Shown here piece by piece: positions 9,078 to 19,755 of a DNA stretch of 64,000 nucleotides; position 1 is the first letter of the stretch; the number at the start of each line of letters is the position of its first letter. The stretch is from contig CAXXVL010000002.1 in the NCBI GenBank assembly GCA_963667845.2, positions 2,720,001 through 2,784,000 of the forward strand, read 5' to 3'. The DNA comes from Smithellaceae bacterium (lineage in GTDB: Bacteria; Desulfobacterota; Syntrophia; Syntrophales; Smithellaceae). A model generated the notes under the pieces. It ran no database searches, was not told the DNA's origin, and saw only the letters and a program-made list of their open reading frames with translations. Position numbers and translations under genes: made by a program.

Positions 9078-9887
9078 TCAAAACTGATAACGAAGCCCGA
9101 CCGCGAGACCGTGGGTTCGCAGGGGGCATTCAATATCATTGACGGCGATTCCCGCCGGTATAATATCCATATACATGTTTCCCGGAGAGGATCCCACCCT
9201 GCCAAGGTCGAAATAGCGGTAGGCGATATCCAGGCTGAAATGCTCCGTCAGAACGATGCCTGTGCCGGCTGCCAGCATGTAAGCAAAATTGGTCCTGTCT
9301 CCGGCCGGCATGATGCTGATTTTGTGTGCACCCTGATTATCGGGGAACAGAAAAGTCATCTCTCCCAGCCTGTTATAGGCAAAACCTGCGCCGCCCCCCA
9401 GATAGGGTTGGAAGCGCCACAATTTCTTCCCGGGCAAAAAACCGTTAATATCGACAAAAACATTCAGCATTCCGGCAAGAGAATCAGCCTTTGCCGAAAC
9501 AGGCTGGTTTGAACCCACGGACAGAAAGTTCGCATTGCCGTCGTAATTCATCTGAAAGCGGTAGGTGAGGGCCAGATCGACCCGCAGCCAGGGCAGAAGT
9601 TGGCGGCCAAAGGCTGCTTCCGCCAGCGGGAAATTACCGAAATCACCGTAGGCACCGATCGGCAACCCGTCATTGCCGACAGCACATCCAAACAGTGCGG
9701 GCGGGCTGATTGCCGAGCAATTCACATCGGACATATTGGCCGTCCGTGATTTTTCATAGCCGACGGTGCCGCGTACATACCAGCCTCCGGTCATCGCGGA
9801 GCCGGGAAGTGCAAAAACGGATAGACAGAAGACCACCCCTGCGATTAGAAATTTTACGGATATTTTATTCATTTTCATAAACGCCAA
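9078..9887 (-). CDS. Outer membrane beta-barrel protein (opacity/OmpA-like transmembrane family)
   Basis: Signal peptide, QPYLGGGAGFAYN, LDIAYRYFDLG and C-terminal GLRYQF. The start could instead be ATG 9878. Confidence 0.8.
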   Translation of the reverse strand: MAFMKMNKISVKFLIAGVVFCLSVFALPGSAMTGGWYVRGTVGYEKSRTANMSDVNCSAISPPALFGCAVGNDGLPIGAYGDFGNFPLAEAAFGRQLLPWLRVDLALTYRFQMNYDGNANFLSVGSNQPVSAKADSLAGMLNVFVDINGFLPGKKLWRFQPYLGGGAGFAYNRLGEMTFLFPDNQGAHKISIMPAGDRTNFAYMLAAGTGIVLTEHFSLDIAYRYFDLGRVGSSPGNMYMDIIPAGIAVNDIECPLRTHGLAVGLRYQF

Positions 9888-10012
9888 AAGGATCCTTCCT
9901 CAGTATTCAGTGTTGTCAGCAAGTGCGAGTTAACCGTATGCATTTGGTCAGGCGTAATAATGGGTCCTCTCATGACTCTGAAACATCTGTCAGTCATGCT
10001 TTCTGTGGTGTC

Positions 10013-11728
10013 TTAGTGGTTATAATGCAGCCTGATATGGCACAGGCCGTTTTTAACGCGCGATTCCACTTTATCCGCATTTTCGTGAATCAAAAACAAT
10101 GAAAGCCGGGAAACACCTTCAGGAGACAAGAGTACCTCGTCTTCCGTTGGTTTGACGTCGGTAAACACCATCGGTGTTCCGTTATACGTCATTTCTACGT
10201 CGAGGTTGAATTCGTCGAACGAGACGACAACCTGGATCGGGCCCTGAACGGCGGCCCTGGCTTCGGCCGTTTCAAATGTTTCGTTAATGGCAGTGGCGGC
10301 CCGGCCGATCACGTCCGGCATTGCACCCCAGAGCCCCCCCTGTTTCTGCATAAAGGTAAAGACCTTGTCGGACGAATCAACGCCCGGTACCAGTTCAATC
10401 TGCGCGGTCTTGGAAATGCCGATCCTCATGAGCAGGTTCAGAACAATGGCGGTCAACGTGGCCAGCGAAAGGGAAGACTGGAAAAAAGGCCTGATTGCCC
10501 CGGGGAGATCGTTATACAATCCCGGAATAAAATCCACGCTGAGGCCGAAGACGATGGATGTTCCGATGACAAAGGTTTTTCTGGCATCGATCATGCGCGA
10601 AAGCATGATCTGGATGCCGGCAAGGACCATGAAGCTGACGGCAAAAACGAGGCTTGCGCCCATGACCGGTGTCGGCATAATGACAAATATCGCGGCGATC
10701 TTCGGCATGAAGGCGAGGATGATCAGAATGGCTCCGGTTGCATAAGCGATTGTCCGGCTGGTTGCGCCCGATGCGATCGACAGACCGATATTGCTTGATG
10801 AAGGAGACTGGCCCAGTGCCCCGGTCAGACCGGATATAATGTTGCCGGATGCGCAGGCCAGAATGCCCTTGCTGATGGAGGTCATATCCGGCCGTTTCCA
10901 GCCGGCATCATTGATCTTCTGGCAGGTGGTCAGATCGCCCATGGTTTTTAGCGCGGAGGACAGTGCGGCGACAATGAAAGGAATAATCAATGCCGTGCTG
11001 AAGGATAAGCCATAGGAGCCCGGCGCGGGCCATGAAATCCAGGGGGAGTCGCCGAAGTGTCGGAACTGATCGGGTCCGAGTACCCCGAGAAGCAAAGCCA
11101 GCGTGTAGCCGATGGCCATACCGATCAGCACCGAATAGAGGCGAAGCTTTCCCTTCCCCCAGACCGTCAGCGCCATCATGGCAATCAGCGTTACGATGGC
11201 GATGGCCGCCTCCGTCGGGTCAGGCGTGGCATGGAGGGCATCCACGCCGACAAATCTTTTCATGGCAAACGGGATGACTTCAACACCAACCATGGTAACG
11301 ATCGTGCCGGTTACTTCTGCAGGAAAGAAAGCCCGCATCCTGGCGGCGATGCGCGAAAAAAAGGCCTCGAATGTGCCCGCGACAAGTGTCATGCCGAAGA
11401 TGAGGGGAAGCCCGCCGGTTTTTCCGGCCAGAATGGAAGCGGAAAGAAAAGCGGGACCGTTTAGCAGCGGACACAGGTAACCGGAACCGATGGGACCCCT
11501 GTTCAAACCCTGGAGGATTGTAGCAATGCCGGACACGAGCATAGCCATGGAGATGAGGTGCCGTGCATCATGGCTGGTTCCGCCAATGGCGTCGACAACG
11601 AGCACTGGAAAGACAAAAGCGATCGTTACCAAAAATATGTGTTGAATCCCGAGCAGCAGAAGCGGGCCTATTCCGGGGCTTTCATCGACGTCGTAAATCA
11701 GGTTTGCCGGCTTGGTTCGCGATGTCAT
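10013..11728 (-). CDS. NCS2 (xanthine/uracil) permease with a soluble C-terminal extension of about 135 aa
   Basis: LLGIQH, FFPAEVTG, SSSNIGLSIASGATSR signature and MPTPVMG. Confidence 0.85.
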   Translation of the reverse strand: MTSRTKPANLIYDVDESPGIGPLLLLGIQHIFLVTIAFVFPVLVVDAIGGTSHDARHLISMAMLVSGIATILQGLNRGPIGSGYLCPLLNGPAFLSASILAGKTGGLPLIFGMTLVAGTFEAFFSRIAARMRAFFPAEVTGTIVTMVGVEVIPFAMKRFVGVDALHATPDPTEAAIAIVTLIAMMALTVWGKGKLRLYSVLIGMAIGYTLALLLGVLGPDQFRHFGDSPWISWPAPGSYGLSFSTALIIPFIVAALSSALKTMGDLTTCQKINDAGWKRPDMTSISKGILACASGNIISGLTGALGQSPSSSNIGLSIASGATSRTIAYATGAILIILAFMPKIAAIFVIMPTPVMGASLVFAVSFMVLAGIQIMLSRMIDARKTFVIGTSIVFGLSVDFIPGLYNDLPGAIRPFFQSSLSLATLTAIVLNLLMRIGISKTAQIELVPGVDSSDKVFTFMQKQGGLWGAMPDVIGRAATAINETFETAEARAAVQGPIQVVVSFDEFNLDVEMTYNGTPMVFTDVKPTEDEVLLSPEGVSRLSLFLIHENADKVESRVKNGLCHIRLHYNH

Positions 11729-11855
11729 GGCTGAATCCTAGATACTTCCTTTTATTTTGGAGCAGGATATTCTGTTTTGCACGAGACACTTATAAGAGAA
11801 ACAAAATATTCGTGTCAGCGGATGACGCCGCCAAAATGCACAACGCCGATATCGC

Positions 11856-14800
11856 CTATCGAAAAACCGCTTGAGCCGCTTTCCGCCGCGGAAATTTGAT
11901 GTACGGGCTGACCTTGGAATTAATATTCCTGCCTGTGCCATCGTAGTTGAGCGTCACGATGGGAACACCGGTATACTCCTCAATGCGCGCCGCCATGGCT
12001 TCGGTGACCAGGCCGGCGCAACAGAAAGCGGGATTGGTCTGCACAAAAAGCGAAATATCCGGATAATGCTGTATCAGCGCCGAAATCTTCAGCAGGTTGT
12101 CGGTGGATTCACCGAAGTGCTGGACAGTGACGTCAAAGTGGTCGTAGATTTTTTTGTAGTCAATAGCGCTGCCCAGCGTCGGTTCATTCAGGACCTCATT
12201 GAATATCCTGTAGTAGCTTTTCTCCAGCTGGTTGACGAGTGCGATCAGTGTTTTGGTGAAGATGACGTCCATGAACTCGCCTTCCAGAAACCAGCGCCGC
12301 ATGTAAGGGCTGGCAACGAGCTTGGCAAATTCGTTAAAGGGGGTCGTAATGACTTCACCGCCATAGTCCTCGATGCAGTGGATCAGGTCCTGATTGAACA
12401 CGTCGTTGTCCCGCGCGTACATATCGCCGAAAATGGCGACTTTCGGCCGGCGCCCGGGCACCGTCTCAATCTTTTTGAAAAGATTCATCACTTTGGTCAA
12501 GTCGTCATCCTTGCTGCGGCCGCCCAGAAGTGTGTTGTAAAGAATGGTCAGTGACTGAGCGATGACCTTATCCGTCACGCCTTTTTCCTTCTCATAGGGA
12601 CGAATCTTGCATCCGATTTTGCGCAGCATGCCGCCGAACATATGCGCGAAATACGCTTCGATGGAGGCCTGCATCGAAATTTCACTGAGCGACAGGCTGC
12701 CGATATAGACGTCCACGTGTTCCATCCCATGGCCCGCCGCTTCCATGATGCCTTTGATGAACTCCGGGTACAGCCGGATATTGCAGGCAACGTGGCTGTC
12801 AAAAATCCAGCCGACGGTCTGGGCGGGGTCCAGAAGGTTATCCTCAATATAGTCCATATAACTCTGTGCAATCAGGTTGACGGGCAGACATTGGCCGGTA
12901 TTGGTGCGCAGCCCGCGCTGAATGACTTTTTCCGTGAGCGGCACCATGCGCGCGTCGACCCCTTCCTTGAGAAAAACCGCTTCGAGCAGCTTCGAGTTGA
13001 TGGGATCAAAACACGGAAAGAGCAGTGTCTTGTCTTTGATTTTCGAGATACCTGAGGAATTTAACGGCAGCAGACGCGATGAAACGAGGCGCAGCTCTTT
13101 GTTCCGGTGATGATTGCTAAAGGAACGCACCGCCGCTTCGATGCGGGTTTCGTAGCCCACGTTGGAATCATGTTCATCGAGTTCCAGAATTAAATAGGGT
13201 TTGCCGTATTTGTCCATGATCCGTTTGAAGTATTCCAGGGTAAAGGAATCGGGGCTGCATTTGAACGAGGTCACGTAAACGGGATATAAACCCGGCGTAT
13301 GGGCGATATAGAGAGCGGCCGCAAGAATCCTCGCGGCATACGTCCAGTGGATTCTTTTGAGCAGGGGTTCAATTTCGGAGAGGTCCTTCTGTTCCGCGGG
13401 CAGCATGTCCTGATAAAAAGTTTTAATGCCCAGCGCACAGAAGATGTCCGGAATGCCTTTGTTCATGGAACTTTGCATGATGGCGTAAGGCCGCCCCAGG
13501 AGCGCCACGCTGATGGTGTCATCTGCGGGTTTTTCTCGTTCGTAGACATTGAGCAGATTCGCACGGCCTTCATTATAAAAAGCCAGCGCCGCTTCATAGG
13601 CATTGTAGATTTCCCAGTAACCGGTGTCCAGGATCGACTTCAGGATTGAAAAGAGTTCGATACGCGATTGAAAGGAGTGATGATCAATAACCGGCATGAT
13701 GGCCTTATTTTTAAGCCGCATACTTTTCATACCTGCGGAGAGGGTCGCCGCAAACTGGGTATAATAGCAGTAATAGCGGTAGTCCTCGTCTTTTTGTTTG
13801 GCGGCTTCCAGATAAAATGGCAGAAAAATGTAATCACACTTGTCCACCAGATACTGCACGTGACCGAAGAAGGCGTTCATCGGTGCGCAGAATTCAGCAC
13901 CGGCCAGTTTCTTGCCGGTTTTGATCGCATTCTTGAATCCCTCCGATGTAACGGTTTCCACGCCGAGGGTGGCAAAGAAATGCTTCCAGAGCGGCATTTC
14001 CTCTGCCAGATACAGTGCGTTGGGAATACCGATTTTGACGGGCTTCTTGAACGTGGTGCGCTTTTTCGCCAGCGGGAATACTTTGTTTCTCTCTTTGATC
14101 AGATCGTACTGCTTTTTGGAGGTGCCGACGTAGTGTTTGGTGTCGTAGTCCCGGCCGCAAAGAAATCCAAAGGCCACGGTTTCTTTCTGCACCGTGACTT
14201 TATTAATCTTGCAGTTGTTATGACACAATTCGCAAACTTCATTTTCCACGGGAATATCTTCGCGGCAAAGACCCAAGCCGCGGAAGGCGGAGTTCCGTAC
14301 GGCATTTTCAGCGAGAATCAGTGCGCTGCCCAAAGCGCCCGTCAAATGGCAGAACTGAGAGACGAAGATGGGCTTTTTAAGACGGTGTTCGAAGGCTGCA
14401 ACCAGCGCCCGGTTGCGGGCGGTGGCTCCCTGAAAGCAGATGCTTTGCCCGATGCTGGCTTCCACTGCGACCTTGGCGAGATAATTTTCGCATACGGAAT
14501 GCAGAACACTGGCCAGCACTTCGTCGACGGAATACCCTTCCGTCAGATAGTTGTTAATATCGCGCTCCATGAAAACGGTGCAGCGGTCACTGGAAATCGG
14601 GGAAGGGGTGTTCATGGCGCGTGCCGAGTAATCAGCCAGCGCGACGCTGAGTTTGTTGGCCTGTTCTTCTATGAAGCTGCCGGTGCCTGCAGCGCAGACA
14701 TTGTTCATCACGGAGGAGGTGACCATGCCGTTCTTCATCGTTGTGAACTTGGCGTCCTGGCCTCCGATCTCGATAATGGTATCCGCGTCATTGTTGAGTT

Positions 14801-16046
14801 CAAAGGCGGCGCGCGCGTGCGCCGTGATTTCGTCGATGATCAGGTCGGCGTTGATGATGCGGCCGATAAATTTGCGGCCTGATCCGGTTGTACCGACGCC
14901 GTCGAAAATAAATGTGCAGGACTGACTGTGAGCGATATTGTCAATGGCCTCGAAAAGCGCCTGAACGGCTTTGACGGGCTGCCCCGCCGTCTGTGTATAA
15001 AGGCCGACCAGAACTTCGTTCTGACCATTGATTAAAACGGCTTTTGTGCTGGTCGATCCGACGTCAATGCCGAGGTAAACCTCCTGTTTTTTTTGCAGAG
15101 GCCGGTAAATATCCACTTCAATCGCGGCGGCAGCGTTTCTAGGCTCAAATAAGTAGCTCATGCGCGAGGAAAAATCCGGGTAGCTCGAAAGCGAGAGCTG
15201 TAAAGGCGGATAGCCGTAAATCTTTTCCTTATTTTCCTGCACGAAAAGATCATCCCAATTTTTGGCGCCAAGCCGCTCAAGTTCGGAATCTTCGAGATGG
15301 AGGAGAGCGGCGCCGATTGCGCCATAGAGGTGACTGTGTTCGCTGATAATGGGTTCTACTCCCAGGAGGTTCCGAAAATGCTTGATCACGGCGGCATTCA
15401 TGGACACACCGCCCGCCAGAACGAGCGGTGGGTAAATATTCGAATCGGGAATCAGAGCGTCGATGACGTTTTTGGCCAAGCCTTCGCAGAGTCCGTCGCT
15501 GATCTGGCCGATCGAATAGCCTTCCTGCTGGGCATGAATCAGATCCGTTTTGGCAAACACGGCGCAGCGCGTGGCAATCTTTGGGGTATTACCCGAATTG
15601 CAGAAGGCCACCGTGCTCAGGGTTTCAATGCTCCGGAGATTGAGCCGTTTGGCTTGCTGATCGAGAAAGCTTCCGGTCCCGGCGGCGCAGGACGAATTGG
15701 ATCGGAATCGTTCATAGTCGCCTTCCTTATTGAAGGTAATCAAACCGAAATTTTCGCCGCCGATGAACAAAATGCTGCCGACGGCCTCATGATACCGCTT
15801 TACCGCGGCGATCATGGCAATCTGCGCATCATAACGCGGTACGCCCTGCAGGATATCCGGGCCCGACTGGGTCATCGCGATGCCGCCTATCTGATCAATA
15901 TCGATTCTGCGCAAGATCTCCCGCAGGGTATCGGCAATGGCACCCCGATGGAACTCATAGAACGTGTTGACAACCATTCCCTTTTCATCAATGAGAACTA
16001 CGGAGAGGGCGACGGAACCGATATCTATTCCAATAATGTTCAGCAT
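11856..16046 (-). CDS. CoA-substrate-specific enzyme activase (two BadF/BcrA ASKHA domains plus DUF2229 and dehydratase-like C-terminus)
   Basis: GIDIGS...CAAGTGSF...RCAVF, repeated as GIDVGSTSTK...IGGQDAK...CAAGTGSF...RCTVF. Also C-x2-C-x3-C, SFKCSPD and PAFCCAG. Confidence 0.9.
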   Translation of the reverse strand: MLNIIGIDIGSVALSVVLIDEKGMVVNTFYEFHRGAIADTLREILRRIDIDQIGGIAMTQSGPDILQGVPRYDAQIAMIAAVKRYHEAVGSILFIGGENFGLITFNKEGDYERFRSNSSCAAGTGSFLDQQAKRLNLRSIETLSTVAFCNSGNTPKIATRCAVFAKTDLIHAQQEGYSIGQISDGLCEGLAKNVIDALIPDSNIYPPLVLAGGVSMNAAVIKHFRNLLGVEPIISEHSHLYGAIGAALLHLEDSELERLGAKNWDDLFVQENKEKIYGYPPLQLSLSSYPDFSSRMSYLFEPRNAAAAIEVDIYRPLQKKQEVYLGIDVGSTSTKAVLINGQNEVLVGLYTQTAGQPVKAVQALFEAIDNIAHSQSCTFIFDGVGTTGSGRKFIGRIINADLIIDEITAHARAAFELNNDADTIIEIGGQDAKFTTMKNGMVTSSVMNNVCAAGTGSFIEEQANKLSVALADYSARAMNTPSPISSDRCTVFMERDINNYLTEGYSVDEVLASVLHSVCENYLAKVAVEASIGQSICFQGATARNRALVAAFEHRLKKPIFVSQFCHLTGALGSALILAENAVRNSAFRGLGLCREDIPVENEVCELCHNNCKINKVTVQKETVAFGFLCGRDYDTKHYVGTSKKQYDLIKERNKVFPLAKKRTTFKKPVKIGIPNALYLAEEMPLWKHFFATLGVETVTSEGFKNAIKTGKKLAGAEFCAPMNAFFGHVQYLVDKCDYIFLPFYLEAAKQKDEDYRYYCYYTQFAATLSAGMKSMRLKNKAIMPVIDHHSFQSRIELFSILKSILDTGYWEIYNAYEAALAFYNEGRANLLNVYEREKPADDTISVALLGRPYAIMQSSMNKGIPDIFCALGIKTFYQDMLPAEQKDLSEIEPLLKRIHWTYAARILAAALYIAHTPGLYPVYVTSFKCSPDSFTLEYFKRIMDKYGKPYLILELDEHDSNVGYETRIEAAVRSFSNHHRNKELRLVSSRLLPLNSSGISKIKDKTLLFPCFDPINSKLLEAVFLKEGVDARMVPLTEKVIQRGLRTNTGQCLPVNLIAQSYMDYIEDNLLDPAQTVGWIFDSHVACNIRLYPEFIKGIMEAAGHGMEHVDVYIGSLSLSEISMQASIEAYFAHMFGGMLRKIGCKIRPYEKEKGVTDKVIAQSLTILYNTLLGGRSKDDDLTKVMNLFKKIETVPGRRPKVAIFGDMYARDNDVFNQDLIHCIEDYGGEVITTPFNEFAKLVASPYMRRWFLEGEFMDVIFTKTLIALVNQLEKSYYRIFNEVLNEPTLGSAIDYKKIYDHFDVTVQHFGESTDNLLKISALIQHYPDISLFVQTNPAFCCAGLVTEAMAARIEEYTGVPIVTLNYDGTGRNINSKVSPYIKFPRRKAAQAVFR

Positions 16047-16227
16047 TGTGACATCCAATCGAGTAACCGGTAAGCGTTAGAAGAGTTCATCTGGTTGCTG
16101 AGTATAGCCTTTTCTTTCTACAGTGCTAAATCAGTTAAATGTCTTTGTTTAATCCAAACAGGATCAACTCTTTGCGCGGGAGCTTAACACACGCCTTTTA
16201 AATTATCAGCGAAATTATTTTCGAGAC

Positions 16228-16263
16228 AAAAAAATCCCTATGGCCGGGCAGACCATAGGGATT
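16228..16263 (-). terminator. Intrinsic terminator
   Basis: AATCCCTATGG...CCATAGGGATT with a T7 tract on the minus strand. Confidence 0.8.
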
Positions 16264-16288
16264 CGGTTTAACGATTAAACGTTACGAC

Positions 16289-16855
16289 TTAGAAATAGTA
16301 TTTGATACCAGCGCCGACGTTGATGCCGTGCAGCTTAATATCGACTTCGACGGGAGAACCGTCAACGGAGTTATTGTCGGAGATGTAGTTGTAGCCCACT
16401 TCAAAGTTGAAGCCGACTTCCTTCAAAGACGGGAAGTTCCATTCAGCACCCACCAGGCCGCCAAGTTCCCAGAATTTTCCGTCAAGGCCGCTCGTTGTTT
16501 TCGCACTGTATTTGCCGTAACCGCCTTTCAAGCCGGCATAGAAGCGGCTGTTTTCCCTCACGACGAAGGCAAACATCGGTTTCAATTCGAGCATCCACAG
16601 ATCCGCACTTAAATCACTGGTACCGCCGGTAACGGAAAGTTTTGCGGCGCCGTAAAAGCCGTTGACTTCCAAACCACCGGCCATATTTCCGAAGCCATAC
16701 CAGCCGCGTACAGACGCGCCATTCAGAATGTTGCCGGAGATCAAGCCCTGATAGCCGACGCCGACCTTGAAGTTATCCGCCGCAAAAGAAGGAGCAGCAC
16801 ACAGACAAATCACCGTAGCCATGACAGCTACATAACCCAAAATTCTTCTCTTCAT
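16289..16855 (-). CDS. Small outer membrane beta-barrel protein
   Basis: Signal peptide, amphipathic Gly/aromatic strands, C-terminal GIKYYF; RBS GGAGG. Confidence 0.8.
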   Translation of the reverse strand: MKRRILGYVAVMATVICLCAAPSFAADNFKVGVGYQGLISGNILNGASVRGWYGFGNMAGGLEVNGFYGAAKLSVTGGTSDLSADLWMLELKPMFAFVVRENSRFYAGLKGGYGKYSAKTTSGLDGKFWELGGLVGAEWNFPSLKEVGFNFEVGYNYISDNNSVDGSPVEVDIKLHGINVGAGIKYYF

Positions 16856-17253
16856 AATTTTCCTCCTAAAGATGTTTGATATAGACTAAGGCGTTTATTC
16901 ACCATAAATAAACATCCTTTAATCTCTGCTACCGGTGGTACCCATAAATAATCTCAATGAGAGTGTTACTGTCGCTCGTACAATAAAATATGAGCTCACA
17001 GATGTCAATAGAAAAATTTTGACCGTCATTCAAAAGATTGATGTAAGAGATTAATAATAATAGTAATTTATATAAAATGAAATAATTCTCTAAGCGTTGT
17101 AGCGAAAATTCAAGCGGATGTATGTTTTAGGAGCGCAGAAGTTCTTTACGCTTCCTCAGTCGATTGCGGCACGCCGACCTGTTCAACATGACGGGTTGAT
17201 CCGCCCTGAGAACGGAAGGCCGGTAAGATAATCTTTTTTCCGGTGCTTAGTCT

Positions 17254-17955
17254 TTAGTAATGCTGCAAAACGGCCTTCAAAAGCGAAGCGCTGTGTCCCA
17301 GTTGAATGTGGGCTTCTTCTCTGGTGATGCTACGGTTTTCCGCCCGCAGTTTATAGCCGAGCTTACGGCTCAAATTGGCAATCCGCGCAATTTCAGAGGC
17401 CAGGTCCGCTTCGAAATTGTCATGCGTCAATTGAATGGCGTACACGTGCCGAATGATTTTTTGCGGCTCATCCAGGATCGTCTCTTCCACGATTCCGTCA
17501 TCAATGGCGTGCCAGGATTTGCTGAAATCATCATGGGGGATGTTATGCAGCGGTTGAGAGAGATCGGCGATATAATGCGCGCAATAGGCCAGATGATACT
17601 GGGCATATTTTCCTGCACGAAGGTCTTTTCCATAGGCGCGCAGGGAAGCGATAATTGCGCCATAGAGGTGTCCCTCCGAATCCAAGAGCTTGTTTCGTTC
17701 GTTATATCTGCCGATTTGCGCCAGCACCATCTGGGGTGTGACCTCAGCCTCAGCATTGTTGTTATACCAGTGGTTGTAGGATTCAATATTGCCGGCTTTG
17801 ATTTTGGCGAGATCAGGACCGGCGGCATTGTACCACGACGTGAGCCCCGCGACTTTAGCCACAGCCAGATGGGTCTTGTCATACCAGGCGTGAGCTTGCA
17901 GGGAAATGATCACCAGTCCACAAACGATAAATGTTTTGAGCAGTCTTATCTTCAT
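17254..17955 (-). CDS. Exported Zn-dependent phospholipase C / S1-P1 nuclease fold protein
   Basis: Signal peptide ending AHA, mature N-terminus W-x4-H, then PD, HWYN, AHYIADLSQPLH and H-x3-D. Confidence 0.75.
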   Translation of the reverse strand: MKIRLLKTFIVCGLVIISLQAHAWYDKTHLAVAKVAGLTSWYNAAGPDLAKIKAGNIESYNHWYNNNAEAEVTPQMVLAQIGRYNERNKLLDSEGHLYGAIIASLRAYGKDLRAGKYAQYHLAYCAHYIADLSQPLHNIPHDDFSKSWHAIDDGIVEETILDEPQKIIRHVYAIQLTHDNFEADLASEIARIANLSRKLGYKLRAENRSITREEAHIQLGHSASLLKAVLQHY

Positions 17956-17986
17956 GATTGTCCTTTGCGCGTGTTATTCGTTTCTC

Positions 17987-18751
17987 TTATTTCATCCGGC
18001 CAAACAGAATGCTCCCCACGATCAGCATGGCAGCGGCGAATAGTGCGATGATCGTCAGGTCGACATAAAAAGGATACTGGTTCACCCCGAGAAGTGCACC
18101 GCGGACCCCGTCGACGGTATAACTGAGGGGATTGAGTTTCACCAGCTCGTGCAGCCACGCCGGAAGTTTTTCATCCACCGGAAAGAGGGCGCCGGACAGG
18201 AAAAAAAGCGGAAAAATCAAAAAGGCGGAAATGACCTGAAATCCTTCCAGGCTCTCGAGCAGTGATCCCAGTGCCAGCCCCAATGAGACCAGAGCAATCG
18301 ACGTGATAATCAAAATCAACAGGGCTTGCGGAATGCCCCAGGGATTAACAGACGGAAAGAGAAAACAAAAAACAAAGAGGATGATGACCTGTAAAAAAAC
18401 ATCAGTGCAGCCGCCGAGCACCTTCCCGAAAAAGATGCTGATCCGTGTCACAGGCGCAACCAGCACGGCTTTAAGCACGTCGAGCTTCCGGTCCCAGATG
18501 ATATACAGACCAAAAAAGACGGAGCCGAAAATAACGGTCATCGTCAGGATCCCCGGATAGATGTAATCGCGATAATTGACATTGCCTACGGAAAGGCTGG
18601 CACCGATACCGCTGCCGAACAAAAAAAGCCACATCATCGGCTGGACGACACTCGAGACAATCCGGCTCTTTTCGCGCCAGAAGACTTTGAACTCCCGCCA
18701 CCATACCGCAGAGATACCGAGCAGTTCCTTGCGAAGGATATCGGAATTCAT
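17987..18751 (-). CDS. ABC-2 type exporter permease
   Basis: Six TM helices, YIYPGIL, FFLSGALFP and NPLSYTVDG. Confidence 0.9.
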   Translation of the reverse strand: MNSDILRKELLGISAVWWREFKVFWREKSRIVSSVVQPMMWLFLFGSGIGASLSVGNVNYRDYIYPGILTMTVIFGSVFFGLYIIWDRKLDVLKAVLVAPVTRISIFFGKVLGGCTDVFLQVIILFVFCFLFPSVNPWGIPQALLILIITSIALVSLGLALGSLLESLEGFQVISAFLIFPLFFLSGALFPVDEKLPAWLHELVKLNPLSYTVDGVRGALLGVNQYPFYVDLTIIALFAAAMLIVGSILFGRMK

Positions 18752-18755
18752 TGCT

Positions 18756-19733
18756 TCATTTCCCTCTTTGTCTATAACGGGCGATGGTTTCCACCCAGCC
18801 GCCGCCGTTTTCGACGGCGTCCTCGCGAATATCTCGACCGGTCAGTTTGATAAAAACATCACTTAATGTGGGCTTTCTCACTTCAACGCTCGCCACATCC
18901 GGAATCAGAGACAGAAGTTCGGCAAGATGCAGATGCGCCGATTTCATGGTGATTTCCATCGTGTCATCCGAGATTTTTACGGCCGAGACATAAGGCAGTG
19001 AGCGGATCCGGTCTCGCGGCGGCCGCGGTGCGGTAACAACGACAATGTCACCCCCCAGTGTGTCGATCATGTTTTCCGGGGTGTCGAGTGCGATGATCCG
19101 GCCGGCATCGATGATGCCGATGCGATCGCACATCGCTTCAGCTTCTTCCATGTAGTGAGTGGTGAGAACGACGGTGGTTTCTTCTTTCTCGGCCATTTTG
19201 CGAATATAGTCCCAGGTGCGGGCGCGGGTCTGGGGATCGAGCCCCAGGGTCGGTTCATCGAGAAATAAAACAGCCGGTCGGTGCAGAAGGCCGCGGGCCA
19301 GTTCCAACCGGCGTCTCATGCCGCCGGAGTAAGTTTTCGTCAGGTCGTCGGCACGTTCCCGGAGATCGACGAGCGTAAGCATTTCTTCAATCCAAGTGTT
19401 GCGGACCCGGGCCGGAATCCCGTAAAGACGGGCATGCAGCTGCAAATTTTCACGGCCCGTGAGAATCGTGTCCAGTGTCGGGTCCTGAAAGACAATGCCG
19501 ACCCTGCGCCGGACATGCGTGGGATGTTTGGCGATGTCAAAACCGGCGATGATCCCCTGGCCCGACGTCGGTCGAATGATGGTACAGAGCATTCCGATGG
19601 TCGTGGTTTTGCCCGCGCCATTCGGGCCCAGAAGTCCGAAGATTTCACCTTTTTCAATATTGAGATCAATGCCGCGCACGGCCTCTATTCTACCGAATGT
19701 TTTTGTGAGCGACCGTGTTTCGATAATGGCCAT
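18756..19733 (-). CDS. ABC exporter ATP-binding protein (DrrA-like)
   Basis: GPNGAGKTT, YSGGM, LFLDEPT and TTHYMEEA. Confidence 0.92.
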   Translation of the reverse strand: MAIIETRSLTKTFGRIEAVRGIDLNIEKGEIFGLLGPNGAGKTTTIGMLCTIIRPTSGQGIIAGFDIAKHPTHVRRRVGIVFQDPTLDTILTGRENLQLHARLYGIPARVRNTWIEEMLTLVDLRERADDLTKTYSGGMRRRLELARGLLHRPAVLFLDEPTLGLDPQTRARTWDYIRKMAEKEETTVVLTTHYMEEAEAMCDRIGIIDAGRIIALDTPENMIDTLGGDIVVVTAPRPPRDRIRSLPYVSAVKISDDTMEITMKSAHLHLAELLSLIPDVASVEVRKPTLSDVFIKLTGRDIREDAVENGGGWVETIARYRQRGK

Positions 19734-19755
19734 AGATTTAAAATCCAAATTCCTC

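Noticed and set aside
8261..9078. Intact IS element or small CDS in the long intergenic region
   Set aside because: No DDE transposase domain, terminal inverted repeats or target duplication; the short ORFs lack an RBS or motifs.
16963..16989. GTGTTAC-N13-ATAAAAT as a NikR box upstream of the beta-barrel gene
   Set aside because: The second half-site matches only 4 of 7 positions in AT-rich DNA.
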